64,000 nt of DNA from Candidatus Omnitrophota bacterium (GTDB lineage Bacteria > Omnitrophota > Omnitrophia > Omnitrophales > Aquincolibacteriaceae): NCBI GenBank assembly GCA_903856085.1, contig CAIOAT010000016.1, forward strand, positions 8,581-72,580. The letters run 5' to 3'. The position numbers and the translations under genes are program-made. Within the stretch, counting starts at the first letter, position 1; every line of letters begins with the position of its first letter. This document shows positions 55,758 through 64,000 of the stretch, in pieces. The notes under the pieces are model-generated. The model had not been told where the DNA came from. It saw only the letters and a program-made list of their open reading frames with translations, and searched no databases.

Positions 55758-57281
55758 CTACTTCTTGGAAACGTTCCCGGAGCTCCAGTTCGAAAGAACT
55801 TCGGTAAAAAGCCGCACGCCAAAACCGTTCGCGCCTTTCGGACAATCGAAACGATTCGCCGTACAGTTCGCAGTTCCCGCGATATCTAAATGTACCCAGG
55901 GTGTTTTTTCCGGCACGAATTCTTTAAGGAACATCGCTGCCGTGATCGTCCCGGCATAGCCATCGCCTACATTCTGAAGGTCCGAGTGATGTGACTTGAT
56001 GCACTCTCCGTATTCTTCCCAGAGCGGAAGCTGCCAGCATCGTTCGCCGACCGTTTCTCCAGCTTTTTGAACAGCTTCGATCAATTTTTGATCCGTCCCA
56101 AGGATCCCGCAGGTCTTGTCCCCAAAGGTGTGGTGACACATCCCCGTCAGCGTGGCTGCATCGATAATAGCCATCGGTTTAAACTCCGCACAATAAGACA
56201 AAGCATCCGCAAGGATAAGGCGTCCTTCGGCGTCAGTATTCATCACTTCCACCGTCTTTCCATTGTACATCCGGATGATATCCCCGGGACGTTGGGGGTC
56301 TGCAGCGACATTATTTTCTACGGAAGGCGCAAGACCGACAATATGAAGCGGCAGTTTCAGATCCGCCACAAGCCCCATTGTTGCGATCACTGCGATCGCG
56401 CCGGATTTGTCATATTTCATTTCTTCCATCCCTTTCGAAGGCTTGATGGAAATACCTCCCGTGTCGAAAGTCACGCCCTTACCGACAAGGCAAACGGTTC
56501 CTTGGTCTTTGTATTCTTTTCCGTATTCCAGGATGATCAGGGCCGGAGGCGTTACGCTCCCCTGGTTCACGGCCAGGATCCCGTTCATGCCCATTTTCTT
56601 GAGTTCGTTAAGCCCAAAAACCTTACACTCGAGTTTCTTTTCAGCCGCAAGTTTCTTGGCCTCGCTGGCAAGCCGCGGCGCGTTCATCACATTTCCAGGC
56701 TCATTGTTAAGATCCCGGGCAAAAAGAACAGCACGGGCGATCTTCTCGGAACGAACCAGGGCCGGCCGGAGAGAAGAAACCCACTCCTTTTTTTCCGTAA
56801 CAAGTTCTACGGATTCCGGAGCTTTCGGCGGATCGTCTTTTTTCTTCGTTTTATACTGCGTAAAACGGTAGGCTGCCAAAAAAGATATCTCTGTGAAGAT
56901 CTTCACCGCTTCTCCGGCGGGAACAGTTTCCGTCAGGAAAGAATCGAAAGCGATGCGAACCTTCATGGCTTTGCGCCCGTTCGCAAGTCCGATCAAAGCT
57001 CCGATGGATTTTCTTAAAGAAGCGGGTTTAAGATCTTTTTTTTCGCCCAGCCCTAAAAGTATCATTTCCGGCGCTTGGCGGTATCCGGCCTGGTAGGAGC
57101 TAAAAGTTTCGCCCGCTTTTCCCGCAAAGCGTTTTTTTGAAATGGCCGCTTCTGCTGTTTTCGCGAACGCAGGATCGATCCTCTTAAGCGCTTTCAGATC
57201 CTTTTCGCCTTTAAAAAAACCCGCCACAAAAAGATCCGCCTTGGCCCCAGATCTTTTTACTCCCGCTAATGAGACTTTCAT
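55758..57281 (-). CDS. pepA: Leucyl aminopeptidase (M17)
   Basis: 'NTDAEGRLILADAL' M17 signature, metal ligands; AAGGAGGA SD. Confidence 0.9.
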   Translation of the reverse strand: MKVSLAGVKRSGAKADLFVAGFFKGEKDLKALKRIDPAFAKTAEAAISKKRFAGKAGETFSSYQAGYRQAPEMILLGLGEKKDLKPASLRKSIGALIGLANGRKAMKVRIAFDSFLTETVPAGEAVKIFTEISFLAAYRFTQYKTKKKDDPPKAPESVELVTEKKEWVSSLRPALVRSEKIARAVLFARDLNNEPGNVMNAPRLASEAKKLAAEKKLECKVFGLNELKKMGMNGILAVNQGSVTPPALIILEYGKEYKDQGTVCLVGKGVTFDTGGISIKPSKGMEEMKYDKSGAIAVIATMGLVADLKLPLHIVGLAPSVENNVAADPQRPGDIIRMYNGKTVEVMNTDAEGRLILADALSYCAEFKPMAIIDAATLTGMCHHTFGDKTCGILGTDQKLIEAVQKAGETVGERCWQLPLWEEYGECIKSHHSDLQNVGDGYAGTITAAMFLKEFVPEKTPWVHLDIAGTANCTANRFDCPKGANGFGVRLFTEVLSNWSSGNVSKK

Positions 57282-57508
57282 GGATTCCTCCTTTGAGATA
57301 TTAAGATTGCTTGAAGAAAACGCGTTTGAGTGACATCTGGGTCCCGCGCCAAATACCCATCATGCTAAAAATTCAAGAAACTACCGCCGCTCTTGCTCAA
57401 TCCATAGCTTTTCTCTGGCGGAAAGAGTAAAGCATCCAGAGCACGGCAAAAGCAAACTGCCTTCTCTGCACGCGCCTCCGCATGTCTGGCGTCGTACGTA
57501 TCAGTGTT

Positions 57509-57922
57509 TCAGTGTCCCGCGTGATCGAGCGCCAGATTCACGAGCCGGTCAACATGCTTGATCTTCGGATGCTCACGCGGCACGTGAAAATAAGTGACGC
57601 GCTTGAATTTCTTCTCGAGATCTTTGACCTGGATAAAGAACGGCTTGAGATGCTCGGCCTTGAGCCTATAAATGCCGGAGAGTTGGCGCGCAACAAGCTC
57701 GCTGTCTAAAAAATAATCCGCTTCGGAGATGCCAAGCTCTGCGGCGAGCGTCAGCCCTCGGACCACGGCCGTATATTCCGCTACGTTGTTGGTGGTCTCG
57801 CCGATCGTTTCGCCATGATCGGCCAGTTTATTGTCCTTCTCGTCACAAACCAACACACCGATCGCCGCAGGCCCCGGGTTTCCGCGAGCTCCGCCGTCCG
57901 AATAGATTTTGGCTTTTTTCAT
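57509..57922 (-). CDS. rnhA: Ribonuclease HI
   Basis: 'KIYSDGGARGNPGPAAIGVLV' with DEDD residues, ~137 aa; start set to MKKAKIY. Confidence 0.75.
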   Translation of the reverse strand: MKKAKIYSDGGARGNPGPAAIGVLVCDEKDNKLADHGETIGETTNNVAEYTAVVRGLTLAAELGISEADYFLDSELVARQLSGIYRLKAEHLKPFFIQVKDLEKKFKRVTYFHVPREHPKIKHVDRLVNLALDHAGH

Positions 57923-57941
57923 AAAACCAGCTAGGCGAACG

Positions 57942-58616
57942 CTAGTCCTTTTTAAGGTTCTGACCCTTGTGATGAGCTTCGAGGGATTCGACTTCTTTTT
58001 GAAGTTCGCGAACGCGATTTTTGAGCTCTCGGACCGGATCCGGAAGATCCCCATGATCGAGATCGACCTCTTCGATTTTTTTTCCGTCAATGCGAACGAT
58101 CTCGGCCGGTACGCCAACCACGGTGCAATGATCCGGCACAGAGTGGATCACGACCGATCCGCCGCCGATCTTCACGTGATCCCCGATCTTGATATTTCCG
58201 AGCACCTTCGCCCCCACGCCGACCACCACATTATGTCCGAGTGTCGGATGCCGCTTCCCTCGTTCTTTCCCCGTTCCGCCGAGCGTCACACCCTGATAGA
58301 TCGTTACATTCTCCCCGATCTCAGTCGTTTCCCCGATTACCACGCCCATGCCGTGGTCAATGAAAAATCCGGGCGCGATCTGCGCGCCGGGATGGATCTC
58401 GACGCCCGTCAGAAATCGCGCGATCTGGGAAATAAGTCGCGGGACAAAAGGAATACGCCATGTGTAAAGAATGTGCGCGAAACGATAGAAAAGTACGGCG
58501 TGAAGTCCCGAGTAGAGAAAAATGACCTCGAGCGCGCCAAACGGCGTGCGCGCAGCCGGATCACGCTCAAAACAGGCCTTGAAGTCCCGATAAATGGAAT
58601 AGAAGGGGTTTCTCAT
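57942..58616 (-). CDS. cysE: Serine O-acetyltransferase with C-terminal coiled-coil tail
   Basis: N-terminal SATase helical domain, left-handed beta-helix hexapeptide repeats 'GAQIAPGFFIDHGMGVVIGETTEIGENVTIYQGVTLGG'. Confidence 0.85.
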   Translation of the reverse strand: MRNPFYSIYRDFKACFERDPAARTPFGALEVIFLYSGLHAVLFYRFAHILYTWRIPFVPRLISQIARFLTGVEIHPGAQIAPGFFIDHGMGVVIGETTEIGENVTIYQGVTLGGTGKERGKRHPTLGHNVVVGVGAKVLGNIKIGDHVKIGGGSVVIHSVPDHCTVVGVPAEIVRIDGKKIEEVDLDHGDLPDPVRELKNRVRELQKEVESLEAHHKGQNLKKD

Positions 58617-58729
58617 GGGAGCATTATATACGGGAAATGGAGAACGTGGAACGGGGAACGCAAAATTTTTTGCACAAACATCGGGCGTTCGTTTGCCGTT
58701 CCCTGAGAAATGTTCCCCGATTTTTCGCT

Positions 58730-59824
58730 TTAGACGCTGAACCTGAAAAGCATGACGTCGCCGTCCTGGGTCACGTATTCCTTGCCTTCAGAGCGAAGCA
58801 GGCCTTTTTCCCTGACGGCGAGTTGGGAACCATATTTCATAAGATCTTCGTAGCGCATGACTTCGGCACGAATGAACCCGCGTTCAAAATCCGAATGGAT
58901 CACGCCCGCGGCCTGCGGCGCCTTGGATCCTTTGCGAACGGTCCAGGCGCGGACTTCTTTTTCGCCCGCCGTGAAGTAGGTGATGAGCTGAAGGGCCTTA
59001 TAGCCGGTCCGGATCAGCGAATTGAGGCCCGGTTCTTCCAGGCCTAGGTCTTTAAGAAAAACCTGCTGATCCTCTTCCGAAAGATCGATAAGTTCGGATT
59101 CCACCTTGCCAGAGATCACCACGACTTCAGCGCCTTCTTTGGCTGCACGCTGACGCAAAAGATCAACAAAAGGCCCACCGCCCGGTAAATCCTTTTCCGC
59201 TACGTTCGCACAATAAAGCACGGTCTTAAGCGTAAGGAACGCCATATCCTTCACAAGCAGCCGCTCTTCTTCCGTGAGCCCGATATTGCGAAGAGGCGTG
59301 CCCTCTTCAAGCGCTTTTTTCACTTTTTCATAGACCGGCATTCTTTCCTTGGATTCTTTATCGCCGGTTTTTGAAAGTTTTTCGGTCTTACTGTAGCGCG
59401 TATTAATGGTGTCAAGATCCTTAAGGCAAAGCTCGGTGTCAATCACGTCAATATCTCGCGCAGGATCAATCGTTCCCGACACATGAACAATATTCGAATC
59501 CTCAAAGCAACGAACCACATGAAGAATGGCTTCGACTTCTTTGATGTGTCCGAGAAATTGGTTGCCGAGCCCTTCGCCTTTGGATGCTCCGGCGACAAGA
59601 CCGGCGATATCATAGAATTCGACCGTGGTCGGTGTTGTTTTCTGAGGATTATAAAGCTTACTCAGTTCCCAGAGCCGCGGATCGGGCACAGGGACCATGC
59701 CCACATTCGGCTCGATCGTGCAGAAGGGATAGTTTGACGCCGCGGCGTGCGCCTTGGCGATCGCGTTGAAAATGGTGGATTTGCCTACATTCGGCAGGCC
59801 AACGATACCGCATTTGAAACCCAT
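58730..59824 (-). CDS. ychF: Ribosome-binding ATPase YchF (Obg-family GTPase)
   Basis: G1 'GIVGLPNVGKST', TGS C-terminal domain, 364 aa. Confidence 0.9.
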   Translation of the reverse strand: MGFKCGIVGLPNVGKSTIFNAIAKAHAAASNYPFCTIEPNVGMVPVPDPRLWELSKLYNPQKTTPTTVEFYDIAGLVAGASKGEGLGNQFLGHIKEVEAILHVVRCFEDSNIVHVSGTIDPARDIDVIDTELCLKDLDTINTRYSKTEKLSKTGDKESKERMPVYEKVKKALEEGTPLRNIGLTEEERLLVKDMAFLTLKTVLYCANVAEKDLPGGGPFVDLLRQRAAKEGAEVVVISGKVESELIDLSEEDQQVFLKDLGLEEPGLNSLIRTGYKALQLITYFTAGEKEVRAWTVRKGSKAPQAAGVIHSDFERGFIRAEVMRYEDLMKYGSQLAVREKGLLRSEGKEYVTQDGDVMLFRFSV

Positions 59825-59888
59825 AGTTCTAATGCCTTTCCATTTTTACAGGCGGTCCCAGTACTTTTCAATTATCGCAAAGCGTTAA

Positions 59889-59903
59889 TTGGGACCGTCC
59901 CAA
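59889..59903. promoter_or_regulatory. Perfect palindrome TTGGGAC-c-GTCCCAA with additional TGGGAC half-sites nearby
   Basis: Half-site copies at ~59855 (reverse) and ~59931; located in divergent ychF / BNR-protein intergenic region. Confidence 0.25.
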
Positions 59904-60145
59904 CTACCCTGTCGTGAACAAAATTTTAAGTTGGGACAGTGTGCGGCACTATATCAAAAAAGCTCTCCCCGCACAATGTGAACCTCCGCCTCAGGCAACG
60001 AACACTAAGAAACAGTTGTTCCCAAAGGCTTAAGTAGCCATCCCCGGACTTTTAAAATGGTTATTTTTAGACCTTATTGGGCTACTAAGCGATCAGCTAA
60101 AGTTCTTTTCTTCCCTGCAGATTATTAAAAAACAGCAACTGGGTA

Positions 60146-60174
60146 TTGACTTATTTGAATAATATGAATATATT
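60146..60174 (+). promoter_or_regulatory. Sigma70-type promoter TTGACT-17 nt-TATATT for BNR-repeat protein gene
   Basis: Near-consensus -35 and -10 with 17-nt spacer ~30 nt upstream of AAGGAGG SD and ATG 60207. Confidence 0.45.
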
Positions 60175-60206
60175 ATATGATAATAGTTAATATTAAGGAG
60201 GTTCCC

Positions 60207-61898
60207 ATGTTAAAAACGAATAAGAAAGTAGCGGGAATATTTGCGGCGCTTTTACTTTGCTGCGTTCTAGGCTTCCAATTACCGGCTCCGGCTGAATGGC
60301 AACGGCCTATTCAGCCCTCGCTGGTAGGCGGAGCCCTCACCTGCCTTGCTTCCCATCCGCTCGACGGAACTAAGTTCCTGGTTGCTTCCGGACAACAGGT
60401 TTTCGAGGCCGGAAAAGAAAGCGCCTGGCAGCCACTCTGGTCCCAAGCCGACGCGAGCGCGCCGATCAAGCGGTTATTTTCCTTCGGTGTGTTGCCGGAC
60501 ATTATTTTCGCGATCACCAACCGAAGCGTTTTTATGGGAAACTTGAAAGACCGTTCCTGGCACGTGGTCTACAAAGACTCGGAAAAAACGCCTCTCTCTT
60601 TCGCGATCGACCCCAAAGATCCCAACCGCTGGTTCCTGGGAACCCAAAAAGGTCTTTTGGAAACAGAAGATGCCGGAAAAACATGGTCGCCCTCCAGGAT
60701 CTTTGGCGGCTCTGGTGCCGTGCCCCTTATTTTTTTTGTTGAGAACCGGCTATTTGTCGGAAGCGAAAATGCTCTTTTCCTTTCGCTTGCTGGAGGCGCC
60801 GCACAGCAGGTCTTTACCCTTCCCGGAACCGAAGGCGAACCCGCGGAAGCGACAAGTGACGATGCGCCCAGCGACGCGTCTTCTTATCTTTTCAAGCTCC
60901 ACGATTTGATCGCCTCGAAGCGCAACCCGCAAGAGCTGTTCCTCGGAACCACAAACGGCGTCTTCCAAAGCCATGACGGCGGGCACCGCTGGGAACCTTT
61001 ATCCAAAAGTGGTCTTCAAAGCACAACGGTGTTTCAGCTGGCTTATTCGTCAAAAGGAAACCGTCTTTATGCGGCAACACCCCGCGGTGTTTATGCGTAT
61101 GATCCTCACTCGCAGCGGTGGACCGGTCTTTTTGAAGGGTTGGCCCGTGATCGTGCGCAGAGCATCGCGGTACTTAATGAGGAAAAATTGCTCGCGATCA
61201 CGGAAGAAGGTTTCGTTCAATACCCGCTGGGACCTTTCACGCCGGAGGCTGGACCCGCGCTGACGATCTATCAGCCGCAGGAGGAAACACTTACTCTTTT
61301 AAAAGAATTGATTGCTCGGGAGCCTTCCGCCCGCGAAATTCATAAACGCGTCATTCAATACGCCGACGTCGCAAACGGCAAGATCAAGCGATGGCAAGCG
61401 TTGTCTCGGATCGCCGGAGCCCTTCCAACCTTTTCGTTTGGCAAAAACCTGGATCGAGGCACTTCTATCAGCACCTACAGCGGCAAGTACATTACGGGCC
61501 CTGAAGATGTAAGCAAAGGATGGGATGCAGATGTTAGTTGGGATTTTGGCGACATGCTCTACAGCTCCGACCAAACCTCGATCGATTCGAGAGAAAAAAT
61601 GATGGTGGAACTTCGAAACGATCTGCTGTCGGAGGCCACACGTATCTACTATGAGCGGCGGCGGCTCCAGATCGCACTCGTCTTCACGCCGCCCGTCTCG
61701 GAACAAGAACATCTTGAAAACCTCTTGCGCATGGACGAGCTCACCGCGCTTCTGGACGGAATGACAGACGGATTCTTTTCGAAGCGATTAGAACGGATTT
61801 ATGAGGATCGGCCGGAGTTTAATAAGTTGTGGGGTTTTAACCCGGAAAGTGTGCGGAGCGCGGCGTACGGCAACAGCCCACAAGAAAAGGGGGAATAA
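60207..61898 (+). CDS. Exported BNR/Asp-box-repeat protein (Ycf48/sortilin-like beta-propeller) with C-terminal coiled-coil region
   Basis: Signal peptide; repeated 'S.DGG.TW' Asp-box-like motifs ('TEDAGKTWSP', 'SHDGGHRWEP'); start set to ATG 60207. Confidence 0.55.
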   Translation: MLKTNKKVAGIFAALLLCCVLGFQLPAPAEWQRPIQPSLVGGALTCLASHPLDGTKFLVASGQQVFEAGKESAWQPLWSQADASAPIKRLFSFGVLPDIIFAITNRSVFMGNLKDRSWHVVYKDSEKTPLSFAIDPKDPNRWFLGTQKGLLETEDAGKTWSPSRIFGGSGAVPLIFFVENRLFVGSENALFLSLAGGAAQQVFTLPGTEGEPAEATSDDAPSDASSYLFKLHDLIASKRNPQELFLGTTNGVFQSHDGGHRWEPLSKSGLQSTTVFQLAYSSKGNRLYAATPRGVYAYDPHSQRWTGLFEGLARDRAQSIAVLNEEKLLAITEEGFVQYPLGPFTPEAGPALTIYQPQEETLTLLKELIAREPSAREIHKRVIQYADVANGKIKRWQALSRIAGALPTFSFGKNLDRGTSISTYSGKYITGPEDVSKGWDADVSWDFGDMLYSSDQTSIDSREKMMVELRNDLLSEATRIYYERRRLQIALVFTPPVSEQEHLENLLRMDELTALLDGMTDGFFSKRLERIYEDRPEFNKLWGFNPESVRSAAYGNSPQEKGE

Positions 61899-61952
61899 CA
61901 TGAACGCTCAAAAATGTTTCCGCCCCACAAGCCAGGGGCCACGCCCCACGAA

Positions 61953-63065
61953 TCAGTCTTGCCGCCTCATTCGGTCAAGCCTGAGCTGCCCGCACGCCGC
62001 ATCGATTTCCCGGCCCTCAGTCCGGCGGAGCGTGACCCGGAGACCGCGCCGTTCGAGCTGGTCACAAAAGCGTTCCGTTGCTTCAGGCGTGGGTGCTTTG
62101 TGCGGAAACTCTGCGATCGGGTTGTAAGGAATGACATTGATCTTGGCCCGGAGCGGTTTTGCGATCATGGAAACACCCTCGGCTTCCTCTTCCGAATCGT
62201 TCACGCCGGCGATCAACGTATATTCAAACGTGATCTCTCGCTTCAGGTCCTGATTGATCTTCCTCAGGGCGCTCACAAGCTCTTTAAGCGGGTAACGGCG
62301 GTTGATCGGAACAAGGCTGCTGCGAACCTCATCGATCGAGGAGTGGAGCGACACGGAAAGCCGGACGCGTCCGTCCACGGCTTTTACAAATTCCAGGATC
62401 TTCGGGGTGATCCCGGAAGTCGAGATCGTCACTCTTCGCGCCCCAAAGGCGAAACCCCAAGGTTCGATCAAAATACGGACCGCCTTCAGAGTGGCGTCAT
62501 AATTATCGAGCGGTTCTCCCATCCCCATAAAAACAACGTTCGTGATCTTTTTTCCCGTCATGCGGCTGATCCGCGCAACTTGCTCGACGATCTCGCCGGC
62601 CGTAAGATTGCGTGTGAATTTCCCCTGCCCGCTCGCGCAAAACGCACATTGGATCTTGCATCCCAACTGCGTCGAAACACATACTGTTTCTCGCCGTCCC
62701 CGGATGTTTACGTCCTCGCCCTCCTCGTCCTCAATGGAATCCTTTTGCGAAATGAGAACGCTTTCAAGAAAATGTCCGTCTGCGGTTTTGAAAAGGAACT
62801 TTGTCGGCCCCCCGGTCACAGCTTTTTTTTCCTCACCGGGTTCAAGTGCGGTAAGGCGGATCTCCCCGGAAAGTTTTTGGAGCATGTCTTGGGCCAGGTT
62901 CCTGATCTCTTCCCAAGCGAGAACATTCTTTTGATAGATCCAATCCAGGAGTTGGGCCGCACGATATTTGGGAAGGCCTTGGGCCGTGACAAAATTCTCT
63001 ATTTCTTCAGGAGTGGAGCCATAGAGGGTTTTCATGGGCTGTTTTTTGTCCGTCTCTGCGCTCAT
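61953..63065 (-). CDS. rlmN: 23S rRNA/tRNA (adenine-C2)-methyltransferase RlmN (radical SAM)
   Basis: Radical-SAM 'CKIQCAFCASG' CxxxCxxC, 'MGMGEP' motif, C-terminal catalytic Cys. Confidence 0.85.
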   Translation of the reverse strand: MSAETDKKQPMKTLYGSTPEEIENFVTAQGLPKYRAAQLLDWIYQKNVLAWEEIRNLAQDMLQKLSGEIRLTALEPGEEKKAVTGGPTKFLFKTADGHFLESVLISQKDSIEDEEGEDVNIRGRRETVCVSTQLGCKIQCAFCASGQGKFTRNLTAGEIVEQVARISRMTGKKITNVVFMGMGEPLDNYDATLKAVRILIEPWGFAFGARRVTISTSGITPKILEFVKAVDGRVRLSVSLHSSIDEVRSSLVPINRRYPLKELVSALRKINQDLKREITFEYTLIAGVNDSEEEAEGVSMIAKPLRAKINVIPYNPIAEFPHKAPTPEATERFCDQLERRGLRVTLRRTEGREIDAACGQLRLDRMRRQD

Positions 63066-63087
63066 AGCGCCGTACGCCTTGTAACCA

Positions 63088-64000
63088 TTAGATCCATTTC
63101 TTGAACTTCATCCAGACAAGCGTGGCCAAAGAGGAAAGCACGCAAAGGCCGATGGCGAACGGATAGCCCATCGCCCATTCCAATTCGGGAAAATGCTTGA
63201 AGTTCATTCCGTAAATGCTTGCGATGATGACAGGCGGCATGGTAACCGTGGCCAGGACTGTAAGATGTTTTAGAACTTCGTTCAGCTTGAAAGAGGAGTA
63301 GGAAAAATAGACCTGGAGAATGTTGTTCAGATTCTCATGATATGCTTCGGCCATACCATAGATCCTGAAAAGGTGATCATAGATATCACGAAAATACATC
63401 AGATGCTCTGCCTTGATAAAGACGCTGGAATCACGGGTCAGAGAATAAAGCGTGTCGCGTTGGGGGCCGACAATCCGCCGCAGATGAAAAACGTCTTGTT
63501 TGAGCTGCAACAGGGTTTTTAGAAAATCCTTCGAGGTGTGACGGAACATTTCTTTTTCAAGGGCGTCGATTTTCTCGTCATATTTATCCAACACAGGAAG
63601 ATACCGATCCACCAAATGATCCAGCAGAGAATGCGCGAGCATATCGGAACCGCTTGCCATTAGCGTCGAGGTCTTCCTTTGCACAAGCTCGCGAACCTGG
63701 GTTACGCTCCCCAGCGGTTCTTTATGAACCGTCACGACAAAATTCTCCCCCATGAAAAGATTAAGCTCTATGGTTCGAAGTTCTCTTTTCGAACCCTTTT
63801 CGCGCAGGGTCATCGCATGGACGACCATGAAAAGATACTCTCCGTAGTCGTCAAGCTTGGGTTGCGATTGGTCGGTCATACAGTCTTCGACTGCCAGAGG
63901 ATGAAAGTTAAAGATCTCTACCAACAAATCGCTCTCAGATTCGGTGGGCTCTTCGAGATCAACCCATAGAAGACCGTCTTTTTCGTCCAAAACGGAAAGA
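63088..64000 (-). CDS. corA: Magnesium/cobalt transporter CorA (5' end runs off window)
   Basis: 'YGMNF' GMN motif and two C-terminal TM helices; reading frame stays open to the window edge, so true start lies beyond 64000. Confidence 0.8.
   Translation of the reverse strand, partial: LSVLDEKDGLLWVDLEEPTESESDLLVEIFNFHPLAVEDCMTDQSQPKLDDYGEYLFMVVHAMTLREKGSKRELRTIELNLFMGENFVVTVHKEPLGSVTQVRELVQRKTSTLMASGSDMLAHSLLDHLVDRYLPVLDKYDEKIDALEKEMFRHTSKDFLKTLLQLKQDVFHLRRIVGPQRDTLYSLTRDSSVFIKAEHLMYFRDIYDHLFRIYGMAEAYHENLNNILQVYFSYSSFKLNEVLKHLTVLATVTMPPVIIASIYGMNFKHFPELEWAMGYPFAIGLCVLSSLATLVWMKFKKWI

Noticed and set aside
56067-57017. 316-aa plus-strand ORF inside pepA
   Set aside because: It is antisense to an M17 aminopeptidase gene with a strong signature and is low-complexity (R/H/F-rich).
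61914-63104. 396-aa plus-strand ORF overlapping rlmN
   Set aside because: The radical-SAM CxxxCxxC and other RlmN motifs are on the minus strand. The plus-strand ORF is Arg/Pro-rich antisense noise.

Overview
This 64-kb window is bacterial, about 50% GC, densely coding and mostly minus-strand. A porin, a lipobox motif and TolC-like modules suggest a didermic organism. I found no rRNA, tRNA, CRISPR array, transposase or integrase.

The left 14 kb is a phosphate-starvation supercluster: pstS-pstC (with the start of pstA at the window edge), an OprO/P-like porin, PPK2, a translationally coupled PHP-phosphoesterase/olsB/olsA (ornithine-lipid) operon, PPK1, Ppx/GppA and a ROK kinase.

The centrepiece is a single uninterrupted ORF of about 11.7 kb (roughly 3,900 aa; 14280..25985/26015, minus strand). 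Its modules resemble separate components of tripartite efflux and type I secretion systems. There is a lipobox followed by TolC-like outer-membrane-factor repeats, and two HlyD-like membrane-fusion modules. There are several polytopic TM blocks, two internal signal-peptide-like segments, an S/P/A-rich linker and a C-terminal Nudix-like domain.

This ORF is transcribed divergently from a PhoB/PhoR-like two-component system. The shared 424-bp intergenic region carries a nested inverted repeat and a near-consensus sigma70 promoter.

The right half holds TCA genes: citrate synthase, aconitase translationally coupled to two tandem hemerythrins, and NAD-type isocitrate dehydrogenase. It also holds gapN and a cell-envelope glycan-modification cluster. 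That cluster has a GT-C glycosyltransferase, an SGNH hydrolase, a decayed MBOAT/SGNH pair, a 979-aa multidomain glycosyltransferase and a sulfotransferase.

Three paralogous small secreted proteins lie around an Xis-family HTH regulator and an AT-rich repeat-bearing region. Housekeeping genes complete the window: suhB, mutY, pyrE, trmJ-like, rsmB, pepA, rnhA, cysE, ychF, rlmN and corA (partial).

My position indexing may be off by one around 48.8–49.2 kb, and the ORF track evidently allows TTG/GTG starts. Several start codons were re-assigned by eye to ATG/GTG with Shine-Dalgarno support.
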